A DNA stretch of 30,000 nt from Enterobacteriaceae bacterium 89 (GCA_014156375.1 RQJH01000002.1:62331-92330), one strand, 5' to 3'; positions 18,985 through 28,919 are shown, counted from the first letter of the stretch. The notes: generated from the sequence alone by a model not told the origin. Numbers and translations: made by a program.

Positions 18985-19389
18985 TTAATTCAAAGCAGCA
19001 CGTTTGGTTTTGGACATCATCCACTGCCATTTTTGCTCGCGATCCAGCTCACCCGGCGGGACGGTGGCAGCTTTTGGCGCGGTACTGCGAAACACATCTT
19101 TCTCTTCCGCTGTTGCTCTCAGGCGGGCGTACAGCTGCTGGTCAATACTGCGGATCCGCAGCAGACGCTGACACTGGCACCCTCTTCCCTCCAGCTGGTT
19201 GGGAATGGTTTTGGTTTCGCACTCAATTTCACCGACATCGGCAAGAATATAGGAAACGGTATTAATGGCTTTGCACGGATCAATATTAAATTCACCGGCA
19301 ATTTCTTTCGCCGTGACCCAGCGATTTTGCGCCATCACCCAATCGGCAATTAACAAATATAACGGTTTATCAACATATTTCTCACTCAT
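18985..19389 (-). CDS. caiF: CaiF, transcriptional activator of the cai and fix operons
   Basis: Trimmed to the ATG at 19389 (MSEKYVDKPLYLLIADWVMAQNRWVTAKEIA...NQLEGRGCQCQRLLRI...REQKWQWMMSK...). It is colinear with remembered E. coli CaiF (..YVEKPLYLLIAEWMMAENRWV...NKLEGRGCQCQRLVKV...REQKWQMM). An AAGGAG SD lies upstream. The 93-codon ORF-track extension crosses the ERIC repeat. Confidence 0.9.
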   Translation of the reverse strand: MSEKYVDKPLYLLIADWVMAQNRWVTAKEIAGEFNIDPCKAINTVSYILADVGEIECETKTIPNQLEGRGCQCQRLLRIRSIDQQLYARLRATAEEKDVFRSTAPKAATVPPGELDREQKWQWMMSKTKRAALN

Positions 19390-19444
19390 GTATACTCCTT
19401 TATTACAAATTAAAAAATACGTTTCCCGCGCCTCGTTTCCCATC

Positions 19445-19572
19445 GATACCCTAGATAATTCGAGTTGCAGGAAGGCGGCAAGGGAGCTCATCCCCAGGAG
19501 CTTACATAAAGTAAGTGACTGGGGTGAGGGAGTGCAGCCAACGCACCTGCAGCTTGAAGTATGACGGGTATA
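19445..19572. repeat. ERIC (IRU) enterobacterial repetitive intergenic consensus element, full length (~128 bp)
   Basis: The core CCCCAGGAGCTTACATAAAGTAAGTGACTGGGGTGAG matches the ERIC1R/ERIC2 primer region. The flanks ATAATTCGAGTTGCAGGAAGGCGGCAAG and GCAGCCAACGCA..TGCAGCTTGAAGTATGACGGGTATA match the remembered consensus. Terminal inverted ends are GATACCC...GGGTATA. Confidence 0.85.
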
Positions 19573-19625
19573 AACCAGACACTTAAAATAAACAGATATA
19601 CACCAATAATAATAAAAAGAGAGCG

Positions 19626-20615
19626 CTAAGTGTGTGAGCGTCCCTGAAGTAATGTCAGCTGCTGGCAAAAATAACTCGCGCCGTCGCGTAAGGCTTCATC
19701 GGCCATCGGCATTATTCTGGAATAGTGTAAAAAGGCATGCAGCGTGCCCGGATACATCTTGTAGTGGCATGCCTGCCCGTGCTCCAGCAGTGTGTCACGC
19801 AGCAAAATGCTGTCATCGATCAGCGGATCGAATTCCGCGCTGGCAATATAAGCTGGTGGAATATCGCGCGTCAGATCGTGATTGAACAGGCAGTAATAAG
19901 GTGACGTTTGCTGATGTTCATCGCGCAAATACGCTTCCTCATAGAAAGCCAGATCCGCCTGCGTCAGACCATCCCAACTTCCGCCGAATAAGCGACGACT
20001 GACCGAGTCCCGAAGACCATAAAGGCCGTACCACAGCAGCAGCGCGCTCACCTTTCCGCAAGGAATTTTGTTTTCACGGATCCACAGCGATGACGCCAGC
20101 GCCAGCATCGCTCCGGCAGAATCGCCAGCCAGCCCGATAGTCTGAGTATTCAGGGAATAATGCGGCGCGTGCTGATGAAAAAACTGACAAACCGCCGCAG
20201 TTTCTTCAATGGCCTGCGGGAATTTCGCCTCCGGGGAAAGCGTGTAATCCACGCCAATCACCGTACAGCCGGTGTAGTGCGCCAGCAGGCGCATGATCCT
20301 GTCATGCGTTTCCAGATTGCCGAGGATAAAACCGCCGCCGTGCAGATAAAACAGGGTCGCCGGGGTAGAGGAACAAGGCATGAAGATCCGCGTATCAACG
20401 CCGCCCCAGCGTGTCGGCACACGAACATTGTCTGTGCGCAACATTTCCGGACCGCCTTCGTTCCAGAAACGTCGCTCTTCGGTATAGGCTTTACGCTGTG
20501 AATCAAGATCCTGCCCGGTGGAAACCGGCTGCGGGCGTGAGGCCTGAAACGCCATCACTTCATGCATCTGCGGGGAAAGCTTTTCCAGAACGCGCGCTTT
20601 ATTTTCAGGTTTCAT
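19626..20615 (-). CDS. aes: Aes-like acetyl esterase (hormone-sensitive-lipase family alpha/beta hydrolase)
   Basis: Trimmed to the ATG at 20615 (MKPENK...), with a GGAGGG SD. The ORF-track start is a TTG. The HGGGF oxyanion motif, GDSAGA nucleophile elbow and ...[13 protein letters not shown]... are colinear with E. coli Aes. The C-terminus is about 10 aa longer. Confidence 0.9.
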   Translation of the reverse strand: MKPENKARVLEKLSPQMHEVMAFQASRPQPVSTGQDLDSQRKAYTEERRFWNEGGPEMLRTDNVRVPTRWGGVDTRIFMPCSSTPATLFYLHGGGFILGNLETHDRIMRLLAHYTGCTVIGVDYTLSPEAKFPQAIEETAAVCQFFHQHAPHYSLNTQTIGLAGDSAGAMLALASSLWIRENKIPCGKVSALLLWYGLYGLRDSVSRRLFGGSWDGLTQADLAFYEEAYLRDEHQQTSPYYCLFNHDLTRDIPPAYIASAEFDPLIDDSILLRDTLLEHGQACHYKMYPGTLHAFLHYSRIMPMADEALRDGASYFCQQLTLLQGRSHT

Positions 20616-20659
20616 GGTTCCCTCCAAAGGATATAACCTTCATTTTAGGAACCCGATGC

Positions 20660-20712
20660 CGAAAAACTGAGAGCTCACCGACCGATATTGAACGATTGAA
20701 GCCGGTGAGCTT
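20660..20712 (-). terminator. Candidate terminator after ycjF
   Basis: Minus strand: AGCTCACCG - ~22 nt loop - CGGTGAGCT followed by CTCAGTTTTTC. It begins 8 nt after the ycjF stop. The large loop lowers confidence. Confidence 0.5.
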
Positions 20713-20719
20713 GCGCAAT

Positions 20720-21769
20720 TCAGGATGAACGCTTACTCATCGTTTCCTTAAGTTGCCCGATAAGCTCGCGGCGGAAATCGCCGAGCTTCGGCTTGTCGTT
20801 GTCGATCCACGGCAGCGGACGGCACACTTCCATGGCTTTGATACCCAGACGTGCAGTGAGCAGTCCTGCCCCAATCCCCTGCGCGGCGCGGGCGGAAAGG
20901 CGGGCAGCCAAATCCTGCGACATCCAGTCCATCCCTACTTCGCGCACCAGCTCGCTGGCTCCGGCAAAGGCGATGTTCAGCAGTACCAGACGGAACAGGC
21001 GAATACGGCTGTAGTAGCCCAATTCGATGCCATACAGCGTGGCGATACGGTTGATCAACCGCAGATTGCGCCAGGCGATAAATGCCATATCCACCAGCGC
21101 CAGCGGGCTGACGGCGATCATCAGCGTCGATTCTGCCGCCGAGCGACTGATTTCACGTCGCGCCTGGGCATCCAGCACTGGCTGCACCAGATGAGCGTAC
21201 AGCGTCACCACTTCACGGTCGTTTTGCGTTTCATGAATAGCGGCGTACCAGCGCTGCAAAGCTGGATGGGATTTATCAAGTCCGGCCTGGCTGGCGAGCT
21301 GTTCGCAGAAGGCGCGGCCTTTGCCGGTACCGTGACTGTGCAGCAAATCGCGCGCTTCATCACGCTCCTGCGCCCGCTGGCGTAAACGCCACAGGCGACG
21401 CCACTCGGTTGCCACCGAACCCACACCAGCACCAACGATCAGCGCTCCGGCGGCGCAGCCACCCAGCGCTACCCAGTCCTGCGTTTGCCAGGCGTGCATC
21501 GTCCACTGGACGCCCTGCGCGACAACGCTGATACCAAACAGCGTCATCCCTGCGGTCACCATCCGCCGCCAAAGGCTGCGTTTTGGCCGCAGCGCAGCCT
21601 CAACCACCGCTTCGGCCTGCCCTTCGTCATCAAGCGGATCGTCAATCACCGCCGGGGCAAAAGTTTCCGCCTGCGTCTGCTCAAAGGTCTGGGCCGCACG
21701 CAGCCGTTCCGCCTGTTCCGTTTCCAGACTTCCGCTGAAATCAATGCGCGGTTTTAACGGTTCGCTCAT
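20720..21769 (-). CDS. ycjF: YcjF (UPF0283 family) inner-membrane protein
   Basis: [11 protein letters not shown]...[11 protein letters not shown]...[48 protein letters not shown]... is colinear with E. coli YcjF. The ATGA overlaps the ycjX stop. Confidence 0.93.
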   Translation of the reverse strand: MSEPLKPRIDFSGSLETEQAERLRAAQTFEQTQAETFAPAVIDDPLDDEGQAEAVVEAALRPKRSLWRRMVTAGMTLFGISVVAQGVQWTMHAWQTQDWVALGGCAAGALIVGAGVGSVATEWRRLWRLRQRAQERDEARDLLHSHGTGKGRAFCEQLASQAGLDKSHPALQRWYAAIHETQNDREVVTLYAHLVQPVLDAQARREISRSAAESTLMIAVSPLALVDMAFIAWRNLRLINRIATLYGIELGYYSRIRLFRLVLLNIAFAGASELVREVGMDWMSQDLAARLSARAAQGIGAGLLTARLGIKAMEVCRPLPWIDNDKPKLGDFRRELIGQLKETMSKRSS

Positions 21770-23163
21770 CGCAATTTATCTCCAATCAAAAACTCCAGCG
21801 CCGCATCGAGACGAATGTGCGGCAGCGGTTTGTCCACGTCCATCACCTGTGGGCGAAACGCTTCAAACTGAAAGCCCTGCTTTTCCCAGAAGGCCTGACC
21901 GGGCAGACGAGCCGGAACTTCACCCGGATAGACGGTTAACGGCTGTCCGTCGCTAAGACGATGGCCGCGCAGCGCCGGGATTTTCTCGCCGTTGACGTCA
22001 ATCAGCCCGCTTTGCGTCGCCTGTACGGAAGCCAGCCCCAGACAGTCCATGCTGATGCCTTCGAACGCCGCGTTTTGCCAGGCGTCCTGAATCAGCTGTT
22101 GCAGCAGGGAAACCATGTTGGCGTGCTGATCGACAGTGACGTGATCCGCTTTGGTGGCGGCAAACAGCAGCTTGTCGATCACCGGGGAAAACAGGCGGCG
22201 AAACAGCGTGCGCTGCCCGTAGTGGAAGCTCTGCATCAGCTGCGTCAGCGCAAGGCGCATGTCGTTAAACGCCTGTGGTCCGCTGTTGAGCGGCTGCAGG
22301 CAGTCCACCAGCACAATCTGGCGGTCGAAACGCAGGAAGTGATTTTTATAGAAACCTTTGACCACATGCTCGCAGTAGTAGTCAAAACGCGCGCGTAACA
22401 TGCCCGCGTTGCTGTGCTTGTCGGCCTGCGCCAGTCTGGCCTCGCCCGTGCCGTCCACGTCCGGCCACGGGAAGAACTGCAAAGCGGGCGCGCCCGCCAT
22501 ATCACCCGGCAGCACGAAACGGCCCGGCTGAATGAAGTGCAGCCCTTCTTGTTTGCAGGTATGCAGATACTCCGTCCAGGCCTGGGCAATTTCCGCCAGC
22601 CGGTTTTCATCGGCAGGTGCAAGCGGGTCCAGCCCTTCACAAAGTTTGCGCCAGCGGGCAGACCATTCGCCTCGCTGCCCCTGAAGCAGGCCGGTCATTT
22701 GCCGGGACCAGGTCAGATAGTCCTGGGCCAGCATCGGTAAATCCAGCAGCCATTCGCCCGGATAGTCGACGATTTCCAGATACAGCGTGGAAGTGTCTTT
22801 AAAGTGGCGCAGCAGCGATTCATTAGAGCGAAAACGCAGCGCGAGACGAATTTCGCTCACTCCACGGGTCGGCGTTGGCCACATTGGCGGCGTGCCGTAG
22901 AGCTGCGCCAGCCCTTCATCATAAGTAAAACGCGGGATGCCAAAATCCCGCTGCGGTACGCGCTTCACGCCAAGCAGGCGCTCTTCACGCACGGCACTCA
23001 GCAGCGGCAGGCGCGAACCGGCATGCAGGTTCAGCAGTTGATTGACCATCGCGGTGATGAACGCGGTTTTTCCGCTGCGGCTTAAGCCCGTCACCGCCAG
23101 ACGCAGATGCCGGTCAACGCCACGGTTCATCAGCGCATTGAATTCGTTTTTAAGTCGGTTCAT
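21766..23163 (-). CDS. ycjX: YcjX, conserved P-loop NTPase (stress-associated)
   Basis: [37 protein letters not shown]... (Walker A motif) is near-identical to E. coli YcjX through to ...[16 protein letters not shown]. The ATG at 23163 has an AGGA 5 nt upstream. An alternative ATG lies two codons further upstream at 23169. Confidence 0.95.
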   Translation of the reverse strand: MNRLKNEFNALMNRGVDRHLRLAVTGLSRSGKTAFITAMVNQLLNLHAGSRLPLLSAVREERLLGVKRVPQRDFGIPRFTYDEGLAQLYGTPPMWPTPTRGVSEIRLALRFRSNESLLRHFKDTSTLYLEIVDYPGEWLLDLPMLAQDYLTWSRQMTGLLQGQRGEWSARWRKLCEGLDPLAPADENRLAEIAQAWTEYLHTCKQEGLHFIQPGRFVLPGDMAGAPALQFFPWPDVDGTGEARLAQADKHSNAGMLRARFDYYCEHVVKGFYKNHFLRFDRQIVLVDCLQPLNSGPQAFNDMRLALTQLMQSFHYGQRTLFRRLFSPVIDKLLFAATKADHVTVDQHANMVSLLQQLIQDAWQNAAFEGISMDCLGLASVQATQSGLIDVNGEKIPALRGHRLSDGQPLTVYPGEVPARLPGQAFWEKQGFQFEAFRPQVMDVDKPLPHIRLDAALEFLIGDKLR

Positions 23164-23274
23164 CGCCATCCTGTCAGGCCTGGGAGGAAATCATTAAAGA
23201 TAAGGATATTACACGGGGCGCGGAGGGAAAACAGGAAATGGAACAGACACTTCCACGGCTGTGTCGGGTGGTGA

Positions 23275-23493
23275 TTATTTCATGCTGCGGGCAAGGCGGT
23301 TAGCCAGCTTTGCCAGCAGCGGCTCCAGCGCCACCGCCAGCAGCATTTTCAGCGGCCGACGGGCCACTGATTTGATGGCCCAACCGGCAGCGCCCGCCGG
23401 GCCGTAACGCAGTGCGGTCAGCAGAATCAGCTTGCCCGCGATTTTCAGGCCGGGCTTGACCTTCTGCCCGGCGCGTTGCCAGTTATCTTTCAT
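23275..23493 (-). CDS. pspD: PspD, phage-shock protein D
   Basis: [60 protein letters not shown]... matches E. coli PspD. The ATG is at 23493; the ORF-track start at 23496 is a TTG. Confidence 0.9.
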   Translation of the reverse strand: MKDNWQRAGQKVKPGLKIAGKLILLTALRYGPAGAAGWAIKSVARRPLKMLLAVALEPLLAKLANRLARSMK

Positions 23494-23508
23494 CAATCTC
23501 TCTCTCAG

Positions 23509-23868
23509 TTACAGCTGGCGGAACCGGCTGCGTAAGGAAAAGGTGTCCGAGGTGACATAGCGCTCCATCTCGCGCAGGCGCTTTTCACCTGCTGCCAGCT
23601 CTGCATCGACTGCATCAAGCAGTTCGCCGCTGGAGGGCATTTTTTCACCGTACATTTCATTATCGGGGATCGGGTCGAGGGCGAACGTCAGAATGATGTA
23701 GGCCACCACCACGAAGAAAAACAGGCCAAAAATCATCGCCAGCACGGTGATCAGGCGCACCAGTTTCACCGGGACATCGAGCCAGTGCGCAATCCCCGCA
23801 CACACGCCCTTTACCATGCCCTGCTGCGGAATACGCCACAGCTTTTTGCTGAAATCTAATCCTGCCAT
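23509..23868 (-). CDS. pspC: PspC, phage-shock protein C (membrane sensor/regulator)
   Basis: 119 aa. The PspC domain (LWRIPQQGMVKGVCAGIAHWLDVPVKLVRLI) is followed by a TM helix and a leucine-zipper-like C-terminus. The start shares 1 nt with the pspB stop (TAATG). Confidence 0.93.
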   Translation of the reverse strand: MAGLDFSKKLWRIPQQGMVKGVCAGIAHWLDVPVKLVRLITVLAMIFGLFFFVVVAYIILTFALDPIPDNEMYGEKMPSSGELLDAVDAELAAGEKRLREMERYVTSDTFSLRSRFRQL

Positions 23869-24089
23869 TATTGTTCTCTCCAGTTCGGATGTTCCGCGTC
23901 GAGAATAGCTTCCAGCGCCTGGATGCGATCACGCATGCGGCTGGCATCAGCCGTCAGCTGAGTCAGACGCTGCTGCTCACTTTGTGAAAGCTCAGCGCCT
24001 GAACGGTTGCTGTAGTGCAGCCACAGCCATACCGGCAGGACAAACAGCACAAACAGCGTCAGCGGTATGGCCAGAAAAAGCGCGCTCAT
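23868..24089 (-). CDS. pspB: PspB, phage-shock protein B
   Basis: MSALFLAIPLTLFVLFVLPVWLWLHYSNRS...RIQALEAILDAEHPNW is colinear with E. coli PspB. An AAGGAG SD lies upstream. Confidence 0.93.
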   Translation of the reverse strand: MSALFLAIPLTLFVLFVLPVWLWLHYSNRSGAELSQSEQQRLTQLTADASRMRDRIQALEAILDAEHPNWREQ

Positions 24090-24114
24090 AGGGTCTCCTT
24101 ACTTATATTTGAGC

Positions 24115-24135
24115 GGCGGCACACCCGGTGCCGCC
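24115..24135 (-). other. Intra-operon GC-rich stem-loop between pspA and pspB
   Basis: GGCGGCAC-acccg-GTGCCGCC (8-bp perfect stem, 5-nt loop), 10 nt after the pspA stop. There is no U-tract. It is a plausible mRNA stabiliser or partial attenuator that favours PspA over PspBCD. Confidence 0.5.
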
Positions 24136-24144
24136 CGGCAATGA

Positions 24145-24816
<672 letters not shown>

Positions 24817-24869
24817 TCACATCCTCTTAAGTCATTCTGTTATCGGGCATGGCCCTGCTGAACAGATAA

Positions 24870-24885
24870 TACAATTCGCGTGCCA
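24870..24885 (-). promoter_or_regulatory. Sigma-54 promoter of pspABCD
   Basis: The minus strand reads TTGGCACGCGAATTGTATT, that is TGGCAC-N5-TTGTA (-24 GG, -12 GT). It is essentially the same as the remembered E. coli pspA promoter TTGGCACGCAAATTGTATT and lies about 55-70 nt upstream of the pspA ATG. Confidence 0.85.
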
Positions 24886-24943
24886 ACTTTTTATCTCTTT
24901 GATTTTACTTGCTGTGATTGAATTTCACTCACTCAGCCGCTAC

Positions 24944-24964
24944 AGTGTTATGGCGAATTACACT
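24944..24964. promoter_or_regulatory. Candidate PspF upstream activating sequence (overlaps the pspF promoter region)
   Basis: Inverted repeat AGTGTTA-N7-TTACACT, at about -85 to -105 relative to the predicted pspA start site. An A/T-rich IHF-like stretch (TTATCTCTTTGATTTT, 24890-24906) lies between it and the sigma-54 core, matching the known E. coli layout. Confidence 0.45.
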
Positions 24965-24984
24965 AACTAGTGGTGAATTTCATC

Positions 24985-25953
24985 ATGGCAGATTACAAGG
25001 ACAACCTGCTCGGCGAAGCCAACAGCTTTATCGAGGTACTGGAACAGGTATCAAGGCTGGCGCCGCTGGATAAACCGGTGCTGATTATCGGTGAGCGAGG
25101 TACCGGCAAAGAGCTGATAGCCAACCGCCTGCACTTTCTCTCCTCACGCTGGCAGGGACCGTTCATTTCGCTTAACTGCGCGGCGCTGAATGAAAATCTG
25201 CTCGATTCAGAACTTTTCGGCCACGAAGCTGGCGCTTTTACCGGCGCGCAAAAGCGACATCCGGGGCGTTTTGAACGTGCCGACGGCGGTACGCTGTTTC
25301 TGGATGAGCTGGCAACGGCACCAATGCTGGTTCAGGAAAAACTGCTCAGGGTGATTGAATACGGCGAACTGGAGCGAGTCGGCGGCAGTCAGCCGCTGCA
25401 GGTAAACGTCAGGCTAGTGTGCGCGACCAATGCGGATTTGCCGCAGATGGTGGACGAAGGCACTTTCAGGGCTGATTTACTCGACAGACTGGCATTCGAC
25501 GTTGTGCAGCTGCCGCCGCTGCGCGAAAGACAGAGCGATATCATGCTGATGGCGGAACACTTTGCGATCCAGATGTGCCGTGAACTCAAGTTGCCGCTGT
25601 TTCCGGGCTTTACCGATCGTGCCCGCGACACGCTGCAACACTATCGCTGGCCGGGGAATATTCGCGAGCTGAAAAACGTGGTCGAGAGATCGGTTTATCG
25701 CCACGGCAGCGCCGATGAGCCGCTCGATAACATCATCGTCGATCCTTTTCAGCGCCAGGTGAAAGAAGTGGAGTCGGTGGAAGAAAAAACGTTGTCGCTA
25801 CCCCTGGATCTACGAGATTTTCAGCAACAGCAGGAAAAGGATTTGCTGCAACAAGCACTGCAACAGGCCAGATTTAACCAGAAAAAAGCGGCAGAGCTTT
25901 TGGGGCTGACCTATCACCAGCTGCGGGCTTTATTGAAGAAACATCAGCTTTAG
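24985..25953 (+). CDS. pspF: PspF, sigma-54-dependent enhancer-binding activator of psp genes
   Basis: Trimmed to the ATG at 24985 (MADYKDNLLGEANSFIEVLEQVSRLAPLDKPVLIIGERGTGKELIA...). The GAFTGA loop, AAA+ motifs and C-terminal HTH (AAELLGLTYHQLRALLKKHQL) are present. The ORF-track start is an upstream GTG. Confidence 0.96.
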   Translation: MADYKDNLLGEANSFIEVLEQVSRLAPLDKPVLIIGERGTGKELIANRLHFLSSRWQGPFISLNCAALNENLLDSELFGHEAGAFTGAQKRHPGRFERADGGTLFLDELATAPMLVQEKLLRVIEYGELERVGGSQPLQVNVRLVCATNADLPQMVDEGTFRADLLDRLAFDVVQLPPLRERQSDIMLMAEHFAIQMCRELKLPLFPGFTDRARDTLQHYRWPGNIRELKNVVERSVYRHGSADEPLDNIIVDPFQRQVKEVESVEEKTLSLPLDLRDFQQQQEKDLLQQALQQARFNQKKAAELLGLTYHQLRALLKKHQL

Positions 25954-25974
25954 GGAAATGGCGGATTGTGCGGG

Positions 25975-26029
25975 CATTTCCCCCTCTCCCTAACCCTCTC
26001 CCTCAAGGGAGAGGGAACCGAAAATACCC
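25975..26029. repeat. CCCTCTCCC/GGGAGAGGG-type palindromic repeat, copy 1 downstream of pspF
   Basis: CATTTCCCCCTCTCCCTAACCCTCTCCCTCAAGGGAGAGGGAACCGAAAATACC. In addition, GGGAAATG (25953-25960) pairs with CATTTCCC (25975-82), giving a stem-loop that spans the pspF stop codon. Confidence 0.8.
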
Positions 26030-26051
26030 ATTTGCATGATCAAATATCATT

Positions 26052-26085
26052 TGTAGGCCGGATAAGGCGGAGCTGCATCCGGCAA
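26052..26085. repeat. REP element
   Basis: TGTAGGCCGGATAAGGCGGAGCTGCATCCGGCAA is the classic GTAGGCCGGATAAGGCG...CATCCGGCA type of REP. Confidence 0.8.
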
Positions 26086-26102
26086 TTCACGCATTGAGCG
26101 AA

Positions 26103-26156
26103 CATTTCCCCCTCACCCTAGCCCTCTCCCTCAAGGGAGAGGGAACCGAAAGTACC
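26103..26156. repeat. CCCTCTCCC/GGGAGAGGG-type palindromic repeat, copy 2
   Basis: CATTTCCCCCTCACCCTAGCCCTCTCCCTCAAGGGAGAGGGAACCGAAAGTACC. It is in direct orientation with copy 1 and differs from it at only a few positions. It ends 4 nt from the MFS gene stop. Confidence 0.8.
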
Positions 26157-26159
26157 TGT

Positions 26160-27551
26160 TTATCGTTTGGTGACGGGCAAAAGCCACCAGCTGACCACCA
26201 TCGCGCAAAGGCAAATGGCGCTGTTGAGCATCAGGGCGTACTGCGCGGCACTGGCCATACCGAACGGCAGCAGTAACGCATAAAGTGACGCTGTCACGGC
26301 AATCCCCATTGCGCCGCCGAGCGAGCTGCCCATTTTGTAGATCCCGGAAGCCACGCCGACTTTGTTTTCCGGCGCGTTAACCACCGCGGTATCTGTGGAA
26401 GGCGTGGCGTAACATCCCAGCCCCAGCCCAAACAGCACGAAGCTGATGAAAACGGTGATGATATAGACGTCTTTCGCCAGGAAAGTGCAGGAAATCAGCC
26501 CGGTGGCGATAGCCGCCAGCACTGGACCTGTCATCATCGGCAGCCTTGCTCCGTAGCGCTGAAGCAATTTTTCACCCACGCGGATCATCGCCAGCACCGT
26601 CACCAGATACCCCAGCGTCATCATCCCGGTTTGCAGAGCTGACAGCTTATGCCCCTGCTGTAGCCAGATACTGGTGATCATCATGGTGCCAATGCTGCCG
26701 TTCAGCATAAAGTTCGACAGCACCGCTGCGCTGTAGGCCCGGTTGCGAAACAGCGCAAAGTCGATGAGCGCCGCTTCGCCTTTGCGCAGGCCGGAACGCA
26801 CAAACCACAGTCCGGACAGTAGCGCACCGCTGAGCATCGCCAGCGACAGCCCGCTGCTCCAGCCCCAGCTGTGCCCTTTGCTGATAAACAGATTCAGCAG
26901 AACCAGCGCCGTCACAAAGCTCAGCAGGCCACTCAGATCGAGCTTGTGCTGCTGCGCGCTCTCGCTGCGGCTCTCCGGCGTGCCGCGGATCAGCAACATC
27001 GACAGAAACGCGGCCACGATGGAAAACACAAAGATCCAGCGCCATCCCAATCCGGTGGTAATTGCTCCACCGACAAACGAGCACAGCCCGCTGCCGCCCC
27101 AGGAGCCAATCACCCAGAAGCTGATCGCCCGCTGGCGCGCTTTGCCTTCGTACCAGGTTTTAATCAGCGCCAGAGTGGCAGGCATGATACAGGCGGCCGA
27201 CAGCCCCTGAATTGCCCTTCCGGCCAGGAAAAATGCCGGACCCTGCGCCAGGATCAGCAGGCCGCTGCCGATAATACTCAGCAGCAGCCCCACCAGCGTC
27301 AGGCGGACGCGGCCAAACTTGTCGGCCAGCCCACCGCTTGCCACCACGAAACAGCCGCTGAATAAGGCGCTGAGGCTGACGGCGAGCGTCAGCGTCTCCA
27401 GCGAGATATCCAGGCTGCTTTTCATGGCCGGAACGACGTTAATCACCGACTGGGCAAACAGCCAGAAGGTCAGAACGCTTAAAACGATGCCCACCAGCAG
27501 CCGGTCATTACCGACAAAGGCATGAGTATTGGTCAGGGGAACGGTACTCAT
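26160..27551 (-). CDS. MFS transporter, DHA2/EmrB-like 14-TMS drug:H+ antiporter family (substrate unknown)
   Basis: 463 aa, highly hydrophobic. MFS motif A (GGLADKFGRVR) is present and the length and topology fit DHA2. A strong SD (GAAGGAGGG) precedes it. It starts 27 nt after the upstream amidohydrolase gene, so the two are probably co-transcribed. Confidence 0.85.
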   Translation of the reverse strand: MSTVPLTNTHAFVGNDRLLVGIVLSVLTFWLFAQSVINVVPAMKSSLDISLETLTLAVSLSALFSGCFVVASGGLADKFGRVRLTLVGLLLSIIGSGLLILAQGPAFFLAGRAIQGLSAACIMPATLALIKTWYEGKARQRAISFWVIGSWGGSGLCSFVGGAITTGLGWRWIFVFSIVAAFLSMLLIRGTPESRSESAQQHKLDLSGLLSFVTALVLLNLFISKGHSWGWSSGLSLAMLSGALLSGLWFVRSGLRKGEAALIDFALFRNRAYSAAVLSNFMLNGSIGTMMITSIWLQQGHKLSALQTGMMTLGYLVTVLAMIRVGEKLLQRYGARLPMMTGPVLAAIATGLISCTFLAKDVYIITVFISFVLFGLGLGCYATPSTDTAVVNAPENKVGVASGIYKMGSSLGGAMGIAVTASLYALLLPFGMASAAQYALMLNSAICLCAMVVSWWLLPVTKR

Positions 27552-27578
27552 CGTGCAGCCCTCCTTCGTTTTCTGGTG

Positions 27579-28748
27579 TCAACGCAGATAGTGTTCCGTC
27601 AGGCCGCTCCACAGCGCCGCGCCGGTAATCAGGATTTGGTCATTAAAGTCATAACCCGGGTTATGCACCATGCAGCGGTCGGGCTCATCGCCTGCGCCGA
27701 TGGTGAAATAGCAGCCGTTCGGGTTCTTTTCGAGCATGAAGGCGAAATCTTCGCTGCCCATAAAGGAACCGATATTGACGACCGCATCCTGACCGAACAG
27801 ATCGGTCGCTACGTTGCGCACCATGTCATTCGCCGCCGGATCGTTTCTCAGCACCGGGCTGCCGTTGACGTGGGTGATCGCTGCGGTGGCGTTAAAACTT
27901 TCCGCCTGCGCGACGGCAATATCGTGGATGCGCTGCAATACGGTCTGGCGCACTTTTTCATTCAGGGTGCGCACGGTGAGCTTCATTAGCACTTTGTCGT
28001 TGATGATATTGGGCGCATGCCCCGCCTGAATGCTGCCCACGGTAACTACCGCAGGTTCAAACGGCGTGATATTGCGGGAAACAATCGACTGCAGGGCAAT
28101 CGTGATATGGCAGGCCACCAGCGTGGCATCGACGGTGTGCTCCGGTACCGCACCGTGACCGCCTACGCCTTTCACTTCAATATGAAGCGTGTCGGAAGAC
28201 GCCATCATCGCGCCATCGTGCAAGCCAATTTTGCCCAGCTTTTGCGAAGGCATATTGTGCAGGCCGAAAATATGATCGCAGGGGAACTGGTCAAACAGCC
28301 CTTCTTCCACCATCACTCTGCCGCCGTACAGCAGCTCTTCCGCAGGCTGGAAAATCAGATTCAGCGTGCCGCTAAAATTACGGGTTCGGGCGAGATATTC
28401 TGCGGCATACAGCAGCGTGGTGGTGTGGCCGTCATGCCCGCAGCCGTGGAATTTGCCGTCGGTGGTGCTGGCCCACTCTTTACCGCTGTTTTCCTGCATC
28501 GGCAACGCGTCCATGTCTGCGCGCAGTCCCAGACGCTTGCTGCCATTGCCCACTTTAAGCCTGCCTACAACACCGGTTCCGGCCAGACCGCGGTGAACCT
28601 CATAGCCCCATTTGCTCAATAACCGGGCCACCTGATCGCTGGTTTTATGCTCCTCAAAACCAATTTCCGGGTGCTGATGAAAATGGCGACGCAGCTCGGT
28701 GAACTGCTCTTCGGTGCCCCGTAGTGCTTCAACAATTGGATGTGTCAT
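27579..28748 (-). CDS. M20D-family amidohydrolase (hippurate hydrolase / N-acyl-amino-acid amidohydrolase-like)
   Basis: 389 aa. Signature stretches HQHPEIGFEE, LRADMDALP, HGCGHDGHT and GGHGA..H are typical of peptidase M20D (ILR1/YxeP/HipO-like) enzymes. Confidence 0.85.
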   Translation of the reverse strand: MTHPIVEALRGTEEQFTELRRHFHQHPEIGFEEHKTSDQVARLLSKWGYEVHRGLAGTGVVGRLKVGNGSKRLGLRADMDALPMQENSGKEWASTTDGKFHGCGHDGHTTTLLYAAEYLARTRNFSGTLNLIFQPAEELLYGGRVMVEEGLFDQFPCDHIFGLHNMPSQKLGKIGLHDGAMMASSDTLHIEVKGVGGHGAVPEHTVDATLVACHITIALQSIVSRNITPFEPAVVTVGSIQAGHAPNIINDKVLMKLTVRTLNEKVRQTVLQRIHDIAVAQAESFNATAAITHVNGSPVLRNDPAANDMVRNVATDLFGQDAVVNIGSFMGSEDFAFMLEKNPNGCYFTIGAGDEPDRCMVHNPGYDFNDQILITGAALWSGLTEHYLR

Positions 28749-28832
28749 TTTTGTTATCCCTTTATTGCTTCACAGTGATAATGTCGAGTTTATGCCGGGG
28801 AGAGCACGGTAAAACGCACTTTTTTGTTGTGA

Positions 28833-28844
28833 AATGACGTCATT
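28833..28844. promoter_or_regulatory. Perfect 12-bp palindrome in the divergent promoter region (possible operator)
   Basis: AATGACGTCATT lies in the 171-bp spacer between the M20D gene (-) and the AraC-family gene (+). A further ATGAC half-repeat follows 3 nt downstream. No known regulator is assigned. Confidence 0.3.
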
Positions 28845-28919
28845 CTCATGACTGTTTTTCATACAATTCGGTTATGACAAAAAACAGCATGTGATTATTT
28901 GTGTTACGGGGAGCGGACC

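Noticed and set aside
19390-19625. Possible small RNA or small protein gene in the caiF-aes spacer.
   Set aside because: The conserved-looking structured segment is fully explained by the ERIC element. The remaining sequence is AT-rich promoter-like DNA, with no terminator-bounded unit and no SD-ATG pair.
18985-19668. N-terminal extensions of ORF-track entries: caiF as 227 aa, hybC 596 aa, hybB 450 aa, hybO 399 aa, caiB 417 aa, caiC 563 aa, aes 333 aa and hybE 177 aa.
   Set aside because: The extensions run through upstream genes, REP elements or the ERIC. They lack SD sequences and some begin at GTG or TTG. Homology to the E. coli proteins and well-placed SD sequences support the internal ATG starts listed in the features.
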